Positions 19,077 through 28,926 of a stretch of 64,000 bases of DNA are shown in pieces. How positions within the stretch are numbered: position 1 is the first letter of the stretch; each line of letters begins with the position of its first letter. The stretch comes from Candidatus Heimdallarchaeota archaeon (GTDB taxonomy: Archaea > Asgardarchaeota > Heimdallarchaeia > Heimdallarchaeales > Heimdallarchaeaceae). The notes under the pieces were generated by a model. It ran no database searches. It was given only the letters and a program-made list of their open reading frames with translations, and had not been told where the DNA came from. The position numbers and the translations under genes are program-made. The stretch covers positions 1 through 64,000 of the forward strand of contig JABCTC010000010.1 in assembly GCA_018238545.1 (NCBI GenBank). Direction: 5' to 3'.

Positions 19077-20432
19077 TTAGTTAAATGGCCATTTCTCAAG
19101 CACTTTCAAATTATCTTCTAGATTTGCTTCCCTTAGAAGTGTGATTACTTCTTTCTCTGAAATTCTTTTGGGGAACTCGTCTATAGAAACAAACAACGTA
19201 AGAAAACTGAAAATGAATCCTAAAGCTAGTTTTGCATCTAGTTTTGTTATTTTATCAAATGTATCTGCTGAAGTGTGTCCATATCCTCGACCTGATTTAG
19301 GGTCTGGATTTTGACCGTAAATGCAAACGTTGGGAATCCCCTTGAGTAAAAATGGGTAGTTATCACTGGCAGTGATTATTGTTTTTAGTATTATAGGGTC
19401 ATAGAGTAGTTGATCTCTTATATTTTTAACGAGATGAACCATCTCCTCATAACCTCCACACGCCACAATTTTTGGGATATGTCCTACTAATCCATCTACA
19501 TTGATCATTGCAACAACATCACTTACATCTGTTTTATTGACATAGATTGTTGACCCTACGACACCGAATTCTTCAACTCCAAAAGCAATGAAACGTATCG
19601 TTCGTTTTGGAACATAATTTATTTCTTTCATCAGTTTAGTCAGTTCCAAAAGAGCTGCAACTGATCCTGCATTATCTGTTGCTCCTTGAGCCAAATCATG
19701 ACCATCATAATGACCACCAATTACAATAATTTCCTCTTTATCCTCTCCTTCAATTTCCCATATGATATGCTTTGAAGTGGTTGTTGATGCATGATTTAAA
19801 ATATAGATTTTTCCGTTAACATCCTCTTTTCTTCGTATTTGTTCTTTGATATACTCATAAGTTTCTTTAGAAATCCCTATAGCTGGAATCTCTCCCATTC
19901 TGTTTGATCTAACAGACCCAGTTGGGAACAGCTGACCAGGATTATGATTTGCAAATAGGAAAGCTTTTGCTCCGAATTCAACAGCAGTAGCATATTTTAT
20001 TCTTCGATGGAGCCATCCTTCCTCTGTTTGACCGGAATGAATCATTACTATGTTTCCTTTCACTTCTTCTTGAATACGCATTAATTCAGTTTCAGATCCA
20101 CCTCCGCCATCAACGATTTTTCCCACAAATCCTTCATCTTCCGTGGATGGAGAATATACTAATGAAAAAGCAGGGAAAGGTTTTGTTTCTTCAGCTTGTA
20201 AAAAGAAAATACACGTACCTCTATACCACCCCATGTATTCAAATTCATACTCTATGGGCTCTATACCTAAATCTCTGATGTAATTCTTCATATACTCTTG
20301 TGCTTCTTTTTCACTAGTGGTACCCGCAAATCTACTTCCAAGAAGACACAAATCTTTGATTGTCTCATAAATTGAGCTCGACGCAAAGATTTTACCGTGT
20401 CCAATCTCTGTAAACTTATCAAGATTATCCAT
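19077..20432 (-). CDS. M28 family Zn aminopeptidase with PA domain
   Basis: GGHYD, GATDNAGS, GVEEFG..GS, SDNYPF and HTSADT motifs. Confidence 0.9.
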   Translation of the reverse strand: MDNLDKFTEIGHGKIFASSSIYETIKDLCLLGSRFAGTTSEKEAQEYMKNYIRDLGIEPIEYEFEYMGWYRGTCIFFLQAEETKPFPAFSLVYSPSTEDEGFVGKIVDGGGGSETELMRIQEEVKGNIVMIHSGQTEEGWLHRRIKYATAVEFGAKAFLFANHNPGQLFPTGSVRSNRMGEIPAIGISKETYEYIKEQIRRKEDVNGKIYILNHASTTTSKHIIWEIEGEDKEEIIVIGGHYDGHDLAQGATDNAGSVAALLELTKLMKEINYVPKRTIRFIAFGVEEFGVVGSTIYVNKTDVSDVVAMINVDGLVGHIPKIVACGGYEEMVHLVKNIRDQLLYDPIILKTIITASDNYPFLLKGIPNVCIYGQNPDPKSGRGYGHTSADTFDKITKLDAKLALGFIFSFLTLFVSIDEFPKRISEKEVITLLREANLEDNLKVLEKWPFN

Positions 20433-20462
20433 AAGAGAAATTCTGCGTTAAGCCTTATATTT

Positions 20463-20723
20463 TTATCCCATAATCAGATAGAAATCTAATTGTTCCCTAA
20501 TGAATGCCTCATCAGCTGCTCCAATGATGCGCTGATTATTTGGTAAAATGACTGTTGGAATTGCTACAATTTCCATTTCTTCAGCTCTTTCAATATCTTT
20601 TGTGATATCTATTATCTCAAGTTCTAAATGGGGAGCCTCCTCTACTATCCTTTCTAATACTTGTTCAATGAATGGGCACCAACTACATGTTGCGCTTGTG
20701 AAGAATAGTATTTTCAATCCCAT
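20463..20723 (-). CDS. Thioredoxin-like protein with KaiB-like segment
   Basis: CSWC active site and IIDI.....RAEEMEIVAIPTV; starts 9 bp after the KaiC-like gene ends. Confidence 0.8.
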   Translation of the reverse strand: MGLKILFFTSATCSWCPFIEQVLERIVEEAPHLELEIIDITKDIERAEEMEIVAIPTVILPNNQRIIGAADEAFIREQLDFYLIMG

Positions 20724-20732
20724 TTTTGCTAC

Positions 20733-22148
20733 CTAACCTATTATCTCTATTAGTGGATATTTATCTTTGAATTTGACTACTTTTGGAAGGAAAGTTGCCC
20801 CTGTAGAGCTTTTCATACATTCTATATAATTTGTGTAATTAATTCTAGAGAATCTTATGATAATATCAGCTGTTGTTCTCAAACGTGCTAGAATCTCTCT
20901 GCTAATGGCATTATGGTTGATAAATGAAAAAGCGACAGCTCTTTTTTCTTTCACATTGAAAGATTGAAGAGCATAATATCTTAAGAAATCTGTCTCCGAG
21001 AGAATATTAACATCATCGGTTAAATCTCCATAAATTACAGAACTCTGTCCAGTTCTAGTGAAAGCTTCCATTAATTCAACTGTAACAGAAATCATGTCAT
21101 CAGTAGTCATCAGTTGGCTCATCTCTCTTGCTTCAACGGCTGTAACAGTTCTGTTGTATTTGTCAATAAAAACTAGATTACCTTCATTAAGATGGGAGGA
21201 TATGTCACATTCAACTCTATTGAATTCCTTCAATATCCTTGCTGAATGCATATGAACATTAGAATGGATAATTACTCCTCTGTTCTTTTTTAGTTGATGT
21301 AATAGTGTTGTTAGAAATAATGGAAAATAGTTTGTCTCTCCATCAATTTCAATAAGAATCACACTTCCTGCTGGTATCCCTCCTCCTAATAATTCGTCGA
21401 GTCTATCAATACCTGTCTTTTCTTCTTGGATATGGATAGTGGGAGGATTCTCTGATCGAAGAATCATTATACCTTCTTTGTTTATGATAAATCTGTTCTC
21501 AAAACTAATTGGTTGAGCTGATCTTAATTTAGGGACTGAAATTCTCTTAATAAGCTGATTATCTATAAGTTCGGTTCGTATTTTGATTACACCGTCAACT
21601 AGGAATTCCTCGAGTGTTGCATATTCCTCAGAAATTTGCGATTCAGCAGTAAGAATTAAAGCAGCATCCTCTTTAGTAATTTCTCTGATGAAATCCATAA
21701 ATCCGCTTCTAGCTGTTTTTTCAAATTCAAACTCTGCAATAAATGCAGAGATAGAATCAAATACAACAAGTTTTGCCTTAATTGATGCCATTTTAGCTTT
21801 GGTTCTTGCAATAATGGCTGATAAATCAAACTTATCCGTTTGGACAAGATTGACACCTTGGGGTTTAAGAGAAATTTTATCAACGACAAGAAGACCTTTT
21901 TTGATATAATCATCAAAATCCATCCCAAAGGATTTGACATAATCAATAATTTTTGAAGGGTCAACTTCTGTTGAAATGAAGAGCACAGGAATGTTTTGTT
22001 TAAGAGCACCCAAAGTCATGAAAAGTGACAAGACAGTTTTGCCTGCTCCAGCAGTTCCTTTTATGGCATAACATTGTCCAGTTCTTAATCCTCCATCAAT
22101 CATATTGTCTAATTCTTTTATCCCAGTTGAGATATTCATGATTCTCAA
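20733..22148 (-). CDS. Double-domain KaiC/RAD55-family ATPase
   Basis: STGIKELD...GG, Walker A GTAGAGKT, VVFDS, EEFLVDG and KLRS. The second domain starts KTGIDRLDELLGGG and has a degenerate P-loop. Confidence 0.9.
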   Translation of the reverse strand: MRIMNISTGIKELDNMIDGGLRTGQCYAIKGTAGAGKTVLSLFMTLGALKQNIPVLFISTEVDPSKIIDYVKSFGMDFDDYIKKGLLVVDKISLKPQGVNLVQTDKFDLSAIIARTKAKMASIKAKLVVFDSISAFIAEFEFEKTARSGFMDFIREITKEDAALILTAESQISEEYATLEEFLVDGVIKIRTELIDNQLIKRISVPKLRSAQPISFENRFIINKEGIMILRSENPPTIHIQEEKTGIDRLDELLGGGIPAGSVILIEIDGETNYFPLFLTTLLHQLKKNRGVIIHSNVHMHSARILKEFNRVECDISSHLNEGNLVFIDKYNRTVTAVEAREMSQLMTTDDMISVTVELMEAFTRTGQSSVIYGDLTDDVNILSETDFLRYYALQSFNVKEKRAVAFSFINHNAISREILARLRTTADIIIRFSRINYTNYIECMKSSTGATFLPKVVKFKDKYPLIEIIG

Positions 22149-22205
22149 ATTAGTAACTGTTAATCGGATATAAATTAGTTCAGATTGTTTTCATTGTGAA
22201 ACTAA

Positions 22206-22802
22206 ATGAACGTTATCTATTTAAATAATCAAAAACGGTTCTATTTGTCTATGTCACCGAAGTTTACAGCTCAATTCATTGGAAATAGAATAATTATATG
22301 GGATGTAACACAAGGTCAGTCTCTCTACAAAAATGGTTTTTATGGTAAACCAATAGGTGTTAGGAAGCCTCAATTAGGTGATGAATTTCGTGATCCTTCA
22401 GAGATATCGTTTTTTGAAGGACTTTATTTAATAGAAAAGAAAAAACTGAAAGTTCTTGATGAAAATGGCGTTCCTTTAACAAAGAAGTTGTTTCATGAGA
22501 GGTGTTTGACCAAATACACCGGTTTTGATAATAAAATGTTAGTATACAAACATCTTAGAAAAAAAGGATATGTAGTTAGACCAGGTTTAAAATTCGGTGT
22601 AGATTTCGCTGTTTATCTTAAAGGTCCTGGATTAGAACATAGTCCTTACATGGTTCAGATTATCGAAAGAGATGGAAATCTAGATCCAATTGAACTGGTA
22701 AGAGCTGGAAGATTAGCTACAACTGTTCGCAAAAATTTTGTTATTGCTTCAATTATCAAGAAGAAACCTCACTTTTTCGTTTTTAATAGATATAAACCTT
22801 GA
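22206..22802 (+). CDS. endA: tRNA-splicing endonuclease catalytic subunit
   Basis: VYKHLRKKGYVVRPGLKFGVDFAVY..GPGLEHS and GRLATTVRK, giving the Tyr/His/Lys triad. Start may be at 22251. Confidence 0.93.
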   Translation: MNVIYLNNQKRFYLSMSPKFTAQFIGNRIIIWDVTQGQSLYKNGFYGKPIGVRKPQLGDEFRDPSEISFFEGLYLIEKKKLKVLDENGVPLTKKLFHERCLTKYTGFDNKMLVYKHLRKKGYVVRPGLKFGVDFAVYLKGPGLEHSPYMVQIIERDGNLDPIELVRAGRLATTVRKNFVIASIIKKKPHFFVFNRYKP

Positions 22803-22856
22803 TTGTAATTGCTAACATAACCACAAAGCATTAAAGGAATAAAACAGTTTTTTTTA

Positions 22857-24044
22857 ATGTTTATGAGTTCTGTAAATGAATGGCAAGTTGATATTCTCGA
22901 AGCAGTACAACAATGTGTTTATTGTGGTTACTGTGCTGTATGTCCAACATTCAAAGAGTTGAAATGGGAAACTTACCATCCTCGTGGCATTTTAGACCAA
23001 ATAAAAACGTATTTTCTAGATACTACGAAAGAGGAACTCAAAGGTGACATCTCTAAATCACTTTTCGATTCAATTTTTGCTTGTACAATGTGCAAAGCAT
23101 GTGAAAATATCTGTATTGCAGACATCCCATTACTAAAAATATGGGAACAAGTAAGACAAGAATCTTTCAAAAGGGGTAGATGGAATCCTGATTTGCTTTC
23201 ATTATACAACAAAGTAAAAGACACACAAAATATCTTTGGTCTTCCAAAGGATGAGAGAGTTTCTTGGGCAGAATTAGCCAACATGGTCATGACAAAAAGA
23301 ACCCAGAGAAAAGCTTCATTAGCTTATTTTGTAGGCTGTCAAGCCTCATATTCAGGAAAGATGGAAGGCGTTGCAGCTAGTGTAGTAAAAATACTGCGAA
23401 AAGCCAGAGTTGATTTTACAATTCTAGGAAATGAGGAATGGTGTTGTGGATCTCCTGTGTTTTTAGCTGGAGGATACTCTGTTGGAAAATCTTTTGCAAA
23501 ACATAATCTTGATCAATTCAAAAAACTTGGTGTGAAGCGAATAGTGACTGCTTGTGCAGGTTGTTATAGAGCTTTCAAAATTGTTTATCCACGTATTCTA
23601 GGCGACAAATGGGACTTAGAAGTTTTGCATATCTCTGAACTTGTTGCTGAATTACTAGAACAGAATAAATTAAAATATAAGAAAACAATCAAGGAAAAAA
23701 TAACATTCAAGGATCCATGTGAATTAGCGAGACATTGTGGGTTAATAGAACCTCCAAGAGAAATTATAGAAAAAATACCAGGCGTTAGATACGAAGATCT
23801 TCCATCAAATCGGGAAGAAGCGCTTTGTTGCGGAGGTGGAGGTTTGCTCAAGCTTAATAACCCAGATTTAGCCCGACAAGTTAATTCACGATTAATAGAA
23901 GAAATAGAATATTCAGAAGCAGAGATTGTAGTAAATGGTTGTCCTACATGTCTAGATTCAATACAACAAGGTGTGAAAAAGAAAGGTCTTGACGTGGAAG
24001 TTATTGATATTGCTGAACTAATTAAAAGAGCAATAGGAGAATAA
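22857..24044 (+). CDS. Fe-S oxidoreductase (GlcF/HdrD-like; two 4Fe-4S motifs plus two CCG domains)
   Basis: CVYCGYC.VCP, CTMCKAC...C, CCG, CAGC, DPC, CCGGGG and CPTC motifs. Confidence 0.9.
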   Translation: MFMSSVNEWQVDILEAVQQCVYCGYCAVCPTFKELKWETYHPRGILDQIKTYFLDTTKEELKGDISKSLFDSIFACTMCKACENICIADIPLLKIWEQVRQESFKRGRWNPDLLSLYNKVKDTQNIFGLPKDERVSWAELANMVMTKRTQRKASLAYFVGCQASYSGKMEGVAASVVKILRKARVDFTILGNEEWCCGSPVFLAGGYSVGKSFAKHNLDQFKKLGVKRIVTACAGCYRAFKIVYPRILGDKWDLEVLHISELVAELLEQNKLKYKKTIKEKITFKDPCELARHCGLIEPPREIIEKIPGVRYEDLPSNREEALCCGGGGLLKLNNPDLARQVNSRLIEEIEYSEAEIVVNGCPTCLDSIQQGVKKKGLDVEVIDIAELIKRAIGE

Positions 24045-25453
24045 TGATAATGAATAAGAAAACTAGAACAAAATTTGTTAGATATCTGGGAAAACAGATG
24101 AAGGAAGATGTGGCTGCATTACAAATTTATTCTAGAGATATGTCAAAACTCCCTAATCTCACTAAGTTACTCTTCAACAGTACACCAGATGGTATCATCT
24201 TACCCAGAAATACTGAGGATCTTCAACGAATATACAATTTAGCTACTGAAACAAAAACTCCTATTATACCTCGTAGTGGAGGGACAACTGGTTTTGGAGG
24301 AAGTATACCTTACAACAAAGGACTAGTTATAGATTGTAAAGGATTGGATAGAGAACTTCTAATTGAACCTATTGATCAAACTGTTACAACATCTCCATCA
24401 ATCATCTTCTCCGAATTACAGAAAAAATTGAAGCTGCAAGGATTCTCTCTCTGTTCATATCCATCCAGTTACTATTCTGCTACTGTTGGTGGTTGGATTT
24501 CTCATGGTGGTCATGGTATTGGTAGTATAAAATATGGAAGCGTTGTTGATCAAATTGCAGAAATGCAAGTTGTTCTTCCAAATGGAGAAGTGCAGGTTTT
24601 TAGTGAAAAGAAGGATATATCCTTATTTTTTGGATCTAATGGAACCTTAGGCATTATTTCTGAGATAAAACTTAAAATCAAATTTGATATTCCTTTGAAG
24701 CAATTTGGTTGTATTTTTGATTCGCCTGTAGAACTAATGAAAGGATTGAAAGAATTGCAAGAAGTTGATCCATACTCTGTTTGGTTTCTAAATCCTTCTC
24801 AAGTTTCAGCATTTAATGATGCTTTTGGATATAATCTCCCTCATAGTTATGTTGCTATCATATCAAAAGAAATCAGCTATGAGGAGGAAGAACACACATT
24901 TAGTAATAATTTCAATAATACTATAAGAAAAGCAGGAGGGCAAATTCTAGATAGAAGATACATAATAGATATTTGGGATTTCCGATTCAAAACATTCGCA
25001 TTATTAAAGGAATATCCTGATTTCCTAGTCTCTGAAGTGATATTGCCAATTGAAACCAGCGCAAAATATCTTAAAAAATTAACCAGTCTTTTTGAAGGAT
25101 CATTAAGAGTTGAAGGTGAACTTATTTCCAATACTCATTATTCGCTCTTACTCTATCTTCCAATAGAAGAACCAATCAATGATTTCAAGAAAACTCTCCT
25201 AATGCTTAAAATCAATAAACACGTTTTAAAGAGTAAAAGAATAGGTGGATTTCCATATTCTACAGGTTTGTGGTTTGCTGGTTACTACTCCCAAATCTAT
25301 GGGAAGGAAATGTACAAACGTTATAAGAATTTCAAGAAAAAAGTTGATCCTAAAAATATAAGCAATCCTGGGAAAGTATGTTCACCTAAGATGAGAATTT
25401 TCCCGCTATTTAATCTAAAATTCGTTATAAGAATAGCAAGTGAGTTTTTATGA
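24044..25453 (+). CDS. FAD-binding oxidoreductase (GlcD/D-lactate dehydrogenase, VAO/PCMH family)
   Basis: PRSGGTTGFGG, ATVGG, GSNGTLGII and DPKNISNPGK motifs. Confidence 0.88.
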   Translation: MIMNKKTRTKFVRYLGKQMKEDVAALQIYSRDMSKLPNLTKLLFNSTPDGIILPRNTEDLQRIYNLATETKTPIIPRSGGTTGFGGSIPYNKGLVIDCKGLDRELLIEPIDQTVTTSPSIIFSELQKKLKLQGFSLCSYPSSYYSATVGGWISHGGHGIGSIKYGSVVDQIAEMQVVLPNGEVQVFSEKKDISLFFGSNGTLGIISEIKLKIKFDIPLKQFGCIFDSPVELMKGLKELQEVDPYSVWFLNPSQVSAFNDAFGYNLPHSYVAIISKEISYEEEEHTFSNNFNNTIRKAGGQILDRRYIIDIWDFRFKTFALLKEYPDFLVSEVILPIETSAKYLKKLTSLFEGSLRVEGELISNTHYSLLLYLPIEEPINDFKKTLLMLKINKHVLKSKRIGGFPYSTGLWFAGYYSQIYGKEMYKRYKNFKKKVDPKNISNPGKVCSPKMRIFPLFNLKFVIRIASEFL

Positions 25454-25890
25454 TAAACATAGAACAATATATCTTCCCCGATAACCTGCTTTATGTGACA
25501 GGAGAACCTGGACATATTTGGTTAAAGAAAAAATCTAACACTGAAGTTATTTTGGGTGTTGATGATTATGTATCAAAAAAAGCAGGAGACATTGAATATG
25601 TTCGTACAATGAAATTAGAAAAACGGGTGAAAAAAGGTCAGGTGATAGGGACATATGAAAGTGGGAAATGGATAGGGCAACTGAAAGCTCCTTTTGATGG
25701 AGTGATTATAGAAAAGAATGAAAAACTAAAAAATTCTCCAAATCTCTTAAATTCTGACCCATATGGTGAAGGGTGGATTCTTTCAATAAAAATAAAAAAC
25801 TTTGAAGCTGCCATTGCGGAAAATGAGACCATCGTACCCGTTGGAGAAAAACTAGAAGTATATATTCGCTGGAGAATTAGCCAAGAATAG
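25450..25890 (+). CDS. gcvH: Glycine cleavage H-like lipoyl-carrier protein
   Basis: HIW, YESGKW with the lipoyl-Lys, and NSDPYGEGW. Confidence 0.85.
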   Translation: MINIEQYIFPDNLLYVTGEPGHIWLKKKSNTEVILGVDDYVSKKAGDIEYVRTMKLEKRVKKGQVIGTYESGKWIGQLKAPFDGVIIEKNEKLKNSPNLLNSDPYGEGWILSIKIKNFEAAIAENETIVPVGEKLEVYIRWRISQE

Positions 25891-25924
25891 CTTTTTATAA
25901 CCATTTTTTCATTTTATTCTCGAG

Positions 25925-26746
25925 ATGCTTTTCTGGATACTTTTACTACTCGCTTTTATTCAAGGCATTCTAGAATGGTTACCTGTAAGTTCTGAAGGGC
26001 AAATAATAACTGTTTCAACTTTGTTAGGAATTCCTTCTAGCAGTGCTTTAGATCTTGCTTTGTGGCTTCATTTGGGGACGCTTATCGCTGTATCTGTAAA
26101 ATATCGAAAAGAAATTTATCTCTATATCAATCCAAAAGTTAGGGATTCTGTTACAGTACAATGGCGATGGTTTTTAGTTTTAAGCACCATTGGGACAATA
26201 ATCATTGGGGTGCCTTGCTTTCTCTTAGTTTACTATTTAACTCTTGACCCATCTATAGGTGAGTATATTATGCTAATTGTAGGAGTTGCGCTTCTTGTGA
26301 CAGCTGGATTTCTCTTCTACGCGAAAAAACAGCAGAAGGCGGGAAAGAAAATAGAAAATCTCTCAAAAAAAGAGATGACATTTATTGGTCTTCTACAAGG
26401 ATTCACAATCATCCCCGGCATTAGTAGATCAGGTGTTACAATGAGTGGTTTGTTATTCTTTTCTGTGAATAAAGAAGATGCAATTAAGGGGAGTTTTATT
26501 ATGAGTATCCCCGCTGTACTTGGAGGTTTTATTCTTAATCTTATAATCAAACTGATTAAACATGAAAGCGTATTTCCAGCTGATTGGTGGATGATTATTA
26601 TAGCAATATTGGTAACTGCTATAATCGGTTATCTCACTATGGAATTATTTGTCTTTATTGCACGCAAGTATAATTTCGCAATTGTTTGTATTATTCTAGG
26701 TGTTTTAATACTCATTCTATTTGCTTTAAGATGGATTCCAAGTTAA
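25925..26746 (+). CDS. uppP: Undecaprenyl(polyprenyl)-diphosphate phosphatase
   Basis: QGILEWLPVSSEG, LHLGT and PGISRSG BacA motifs. Confidence 0.92.
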   Translation: MLFWILLLLAFIQGILEWLPVSSEGQIITVSTLLGIPSSSALDLALWLHLGTLIAVSVKYRKEIYLYINPKVRDSVTVQWRWFLVLSTIGTIIIGVPCFLLVYYLTLDPSIGEYIMLIVGVALLVTAGFLFYAKKQQKAGKKIENLSKKEMTFIGLLQGFTIIPGISRSGVTMSGLLFFSVNKEDAIKGSFIMSIPAVLGGFILNLIIKLIKHESVFPADWWMIIIAILVTAIIGYLTMELFVFIARKYNFAIVCIILGVLILILFALRWIPS

Positions 26747-26911
26747 CCTTCAATCTCCGCCACTTGATAGTTTGGAATGACTTAAATACGATACACACAA
26801 TGTTAAAAAAGATATTACGAGTAGCGAAAACATTAAAATAATTAATAAGTATATTCAGTTGAACTAATAGTATGTCCAAGCTCCGTTACTGAAAACAAGA
26901 TAGGTGAAAAC

Positions 26912-27922
26912 ATGTCTTTCTATGAATTTCGAAAACGCATAATGGAAGAAAAAGCTAAACGAGAAAAACGAGGAAAAAAAACTCGGACAGAAGCAACATC
27001 TCAACAAGAATCAATTGTTGGAAGAAACAAATTTAGTGTAGCATTATTAGGGTTAGAAAGAGCTGGAAAAACATCGTTAGTTAAAAAATTATTAAAACAA
27101 GAAGATATTGTTGTTAGACCAACGTATGGTGTTAATCTAGAAAACTATCAATATCGAGATTTAAACTTTACTTGCTTTGATCTAGGAGGCCATCAGCCTT
27201 TCAGATTGAGCTTATGGAAAAAATTTATTGAGCGAGCCGATGCAGTAATTTACTTAGTAGATTCAGCTGATCATGTAAGATTTGATGAATCTAAGCAAAC
27301 TTTTTGGCATTATATTAATTTCGCAAAACAGAACGCTCCTGTATTATTCTTAGCGAACAAAAGTGATCTACCCAATTCAAAAGAATTATCTGAAATCAAT
27401 GAACATTTCGAACTAGATAAATTTTTAAGAAATCTCAGACCATTCAACATCAAAAAAGTTTCAGCTTTAACAGGTCAAGGAGTCTATGAAGCTTGGGATT
27501 GGATGGTGGACGTTCTATGCGGAGCAGCTCAGTGGAAGGTTAAGATAGGCGCTGCTGTTTTGACAGATATTTCAGGTAACATTATCTCTGAAGCTATTTT
27601 TGGTAACCCTAATGAGCAAGCTACTGTTGCAAACGATTTTAAGAAATTAAAAGAATTAACTAAAATGTTTGCAGTTGAAGCTAAGGAAAGTATTCAATCA
27701 ATAAAGCTAGAGAATTTATATAAAAAACACGTTAGTCATGTTAAACGTGGAGCGTATTGTCTTTCAGTAATGATCGACCCTATTGATCCTGTTACAAGAG
27801 CCCAACAGATTCAACTTCGAATTTTAGAAAATTTCAGTAGGAATCCTGCTGAAGTAAGTAAAGACTTAGGAGATGTCTTCGAAAGTAAGTTCCCACTTGA
27901 AGTAGAAGGAGGAAGACGGTAA
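26912..27922 (+). CDS. Arf/Sar1-like small GTPase fused to a C-terminal longin/roadblock-like domain
   Basis: GLERAGKT, PTYG, FDLGGH, NKSD and SALTG motifs; GGTGA RBS upstream. Confidence 0.9.
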   Translation: MSFYEFRKRIMEEKAKREKRGKKTRTEATSQQESIVGRNKFSVALLGLERAGKTSLVKKLLKQEDIVVRPTYGVNLENYQYRDLNFTCFDLGGHQPFRLSLWKKFIERADAVIYLVDSADHVRFDESKQTFWHYINFAKQNAPVLFLANKSDLPNSKELSEINEHFELDKFLRNLRPFNIKKVSALTGQGVYEAWDWMVDVLCGAAQWKVKIGAAVLTDISGNIISEAIFGNPNEQATVANDFKKLKELTKMFAVEAKESIQSIKLENLYKKHVSHVKRGAYCLSVMIDPIDPVTRAQQIQLRILENFSRNPAEVSKDLGDVFESKFPLEVEGGRR

Positions 27923-28912
27923 TTGAGTAATTATCTCTCGTTTATACGAGATAAGATGATGTCTGAGAAGAGTAGAAAAATCCCCCAAATTGTTATTCTT
28001 GGGCTAGAAGGTTCAGGAAAGTCAACCGTTCTTAATCGTCTTTTGTTTGGAACTATTGCTGAGGGACAACCTTCACAATCTACTTGTTTCGTTAATGTAA
28101 AATATGGTACGACCATTCTTTCAGTTATTGAAGCTAGTGAAGAAACAGCTCGTGAAAGTCCTTACTTCCAAGATATTCTTGGTGAGATAGATGGGGTTGT
28201 ATTCGTGATAAATTCTCAGTCACTTCGACATATAGAAGCCTCGTTTGAATATGTTTTTACCTTATTTGATAAAATCCCTCAAAAGACATCAATTCTTTTC
28301 CTTGCAAACAAAATAGACAAACCAGGTGCTGTTCCTTTTCCAGATTTACTTCAAGATCCAGCATTTCAAATAATTATGGACGATATCAATCGTTCTGTTT
28401 CAATTTATCCAATAAGTGCCAAAACCGGAGAGACTTTCTATACCGCTTTTGATTGGATTATTTCAAGAATGACAGGGAGGACACCTTTACGTGAAGATGT
28501 AACTCCAAAGAGAGTTATTATTCTTCAAGAAGGAGGAGTACCTGCATTTGATTATATCTTCGATGCTTCTGGCGAGGAGCATGATAGCACATTGCTTGGA
28601 GGATTGATTAGTGCATTAAATATAATGGCTACTACTATCTTTGAAAGCGAATCTGTGATGGATGTTGTAAAACTAGGCGCTATGAAGATGATTATACGAA
28701 AAGTAAGTGGATGGAGCATAGTATTATTCGTTGGTAGAGATGATAGTGAGTCTAAAGCACAATCTCTTGCCGAGGAGATTCTTCAAGCATTTATTGAAGA
28801 ACGGGATAGAGATCCGACTAAAGAAATGCCAAAACAAGTTAAATACGAAATTTTGCGCAAAATCCCTGAAATCGCGATTGCTTTAGATCAAGAACCAATA
28901 AAGGATGATTAA
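27923..28912 (+). CDS. Arf-like GTPase with degenerate G2/G3, fused to a longin-like domain
   Basis: GLEGSGKS, NKID and SAKTG are present; G3 is replaced by IEASEE. The C-terminal 'D..LLGGLISAL..M' segment is longin/roadblock-like. Confidence 0.8.
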   Translation: MSNYLSFIRDKMMSEKSRKIPQIVILGLEGSGKSTVLNRLLFGTIAEGQPSQSTCFVNVKYGTTILSVIEASEETARESPYFQDILGEIDGVVFVINSQSLRHIEASFEYVFTLFDKIPQKTSILFLANKIDKPGAVPFPDLLQDPAFQIIMDDINRSVSIYPISAKTGETFYTAFDWIISRMTGRTPLREDVTPKRVIILQEGGVPAFDYIFDASGEEHDSTLLGGLISALNIMATTIFESESVMDVVKLGAMKMIIRKVSGWSIVLFVGRDDSESKAQSLAEEILQAFIEERDRDPTKEMPKQVKYEILRKIPEIAIALDQEPIKDD

Positions 28913-28926
28913 AAGGAGAAAAATAA

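Noticed and set aside
20733-22148. Calling this a circadian clock kaiC
   Set aside because: The C-terminal domain lacks a P-loop, and no kaiA is present in the window
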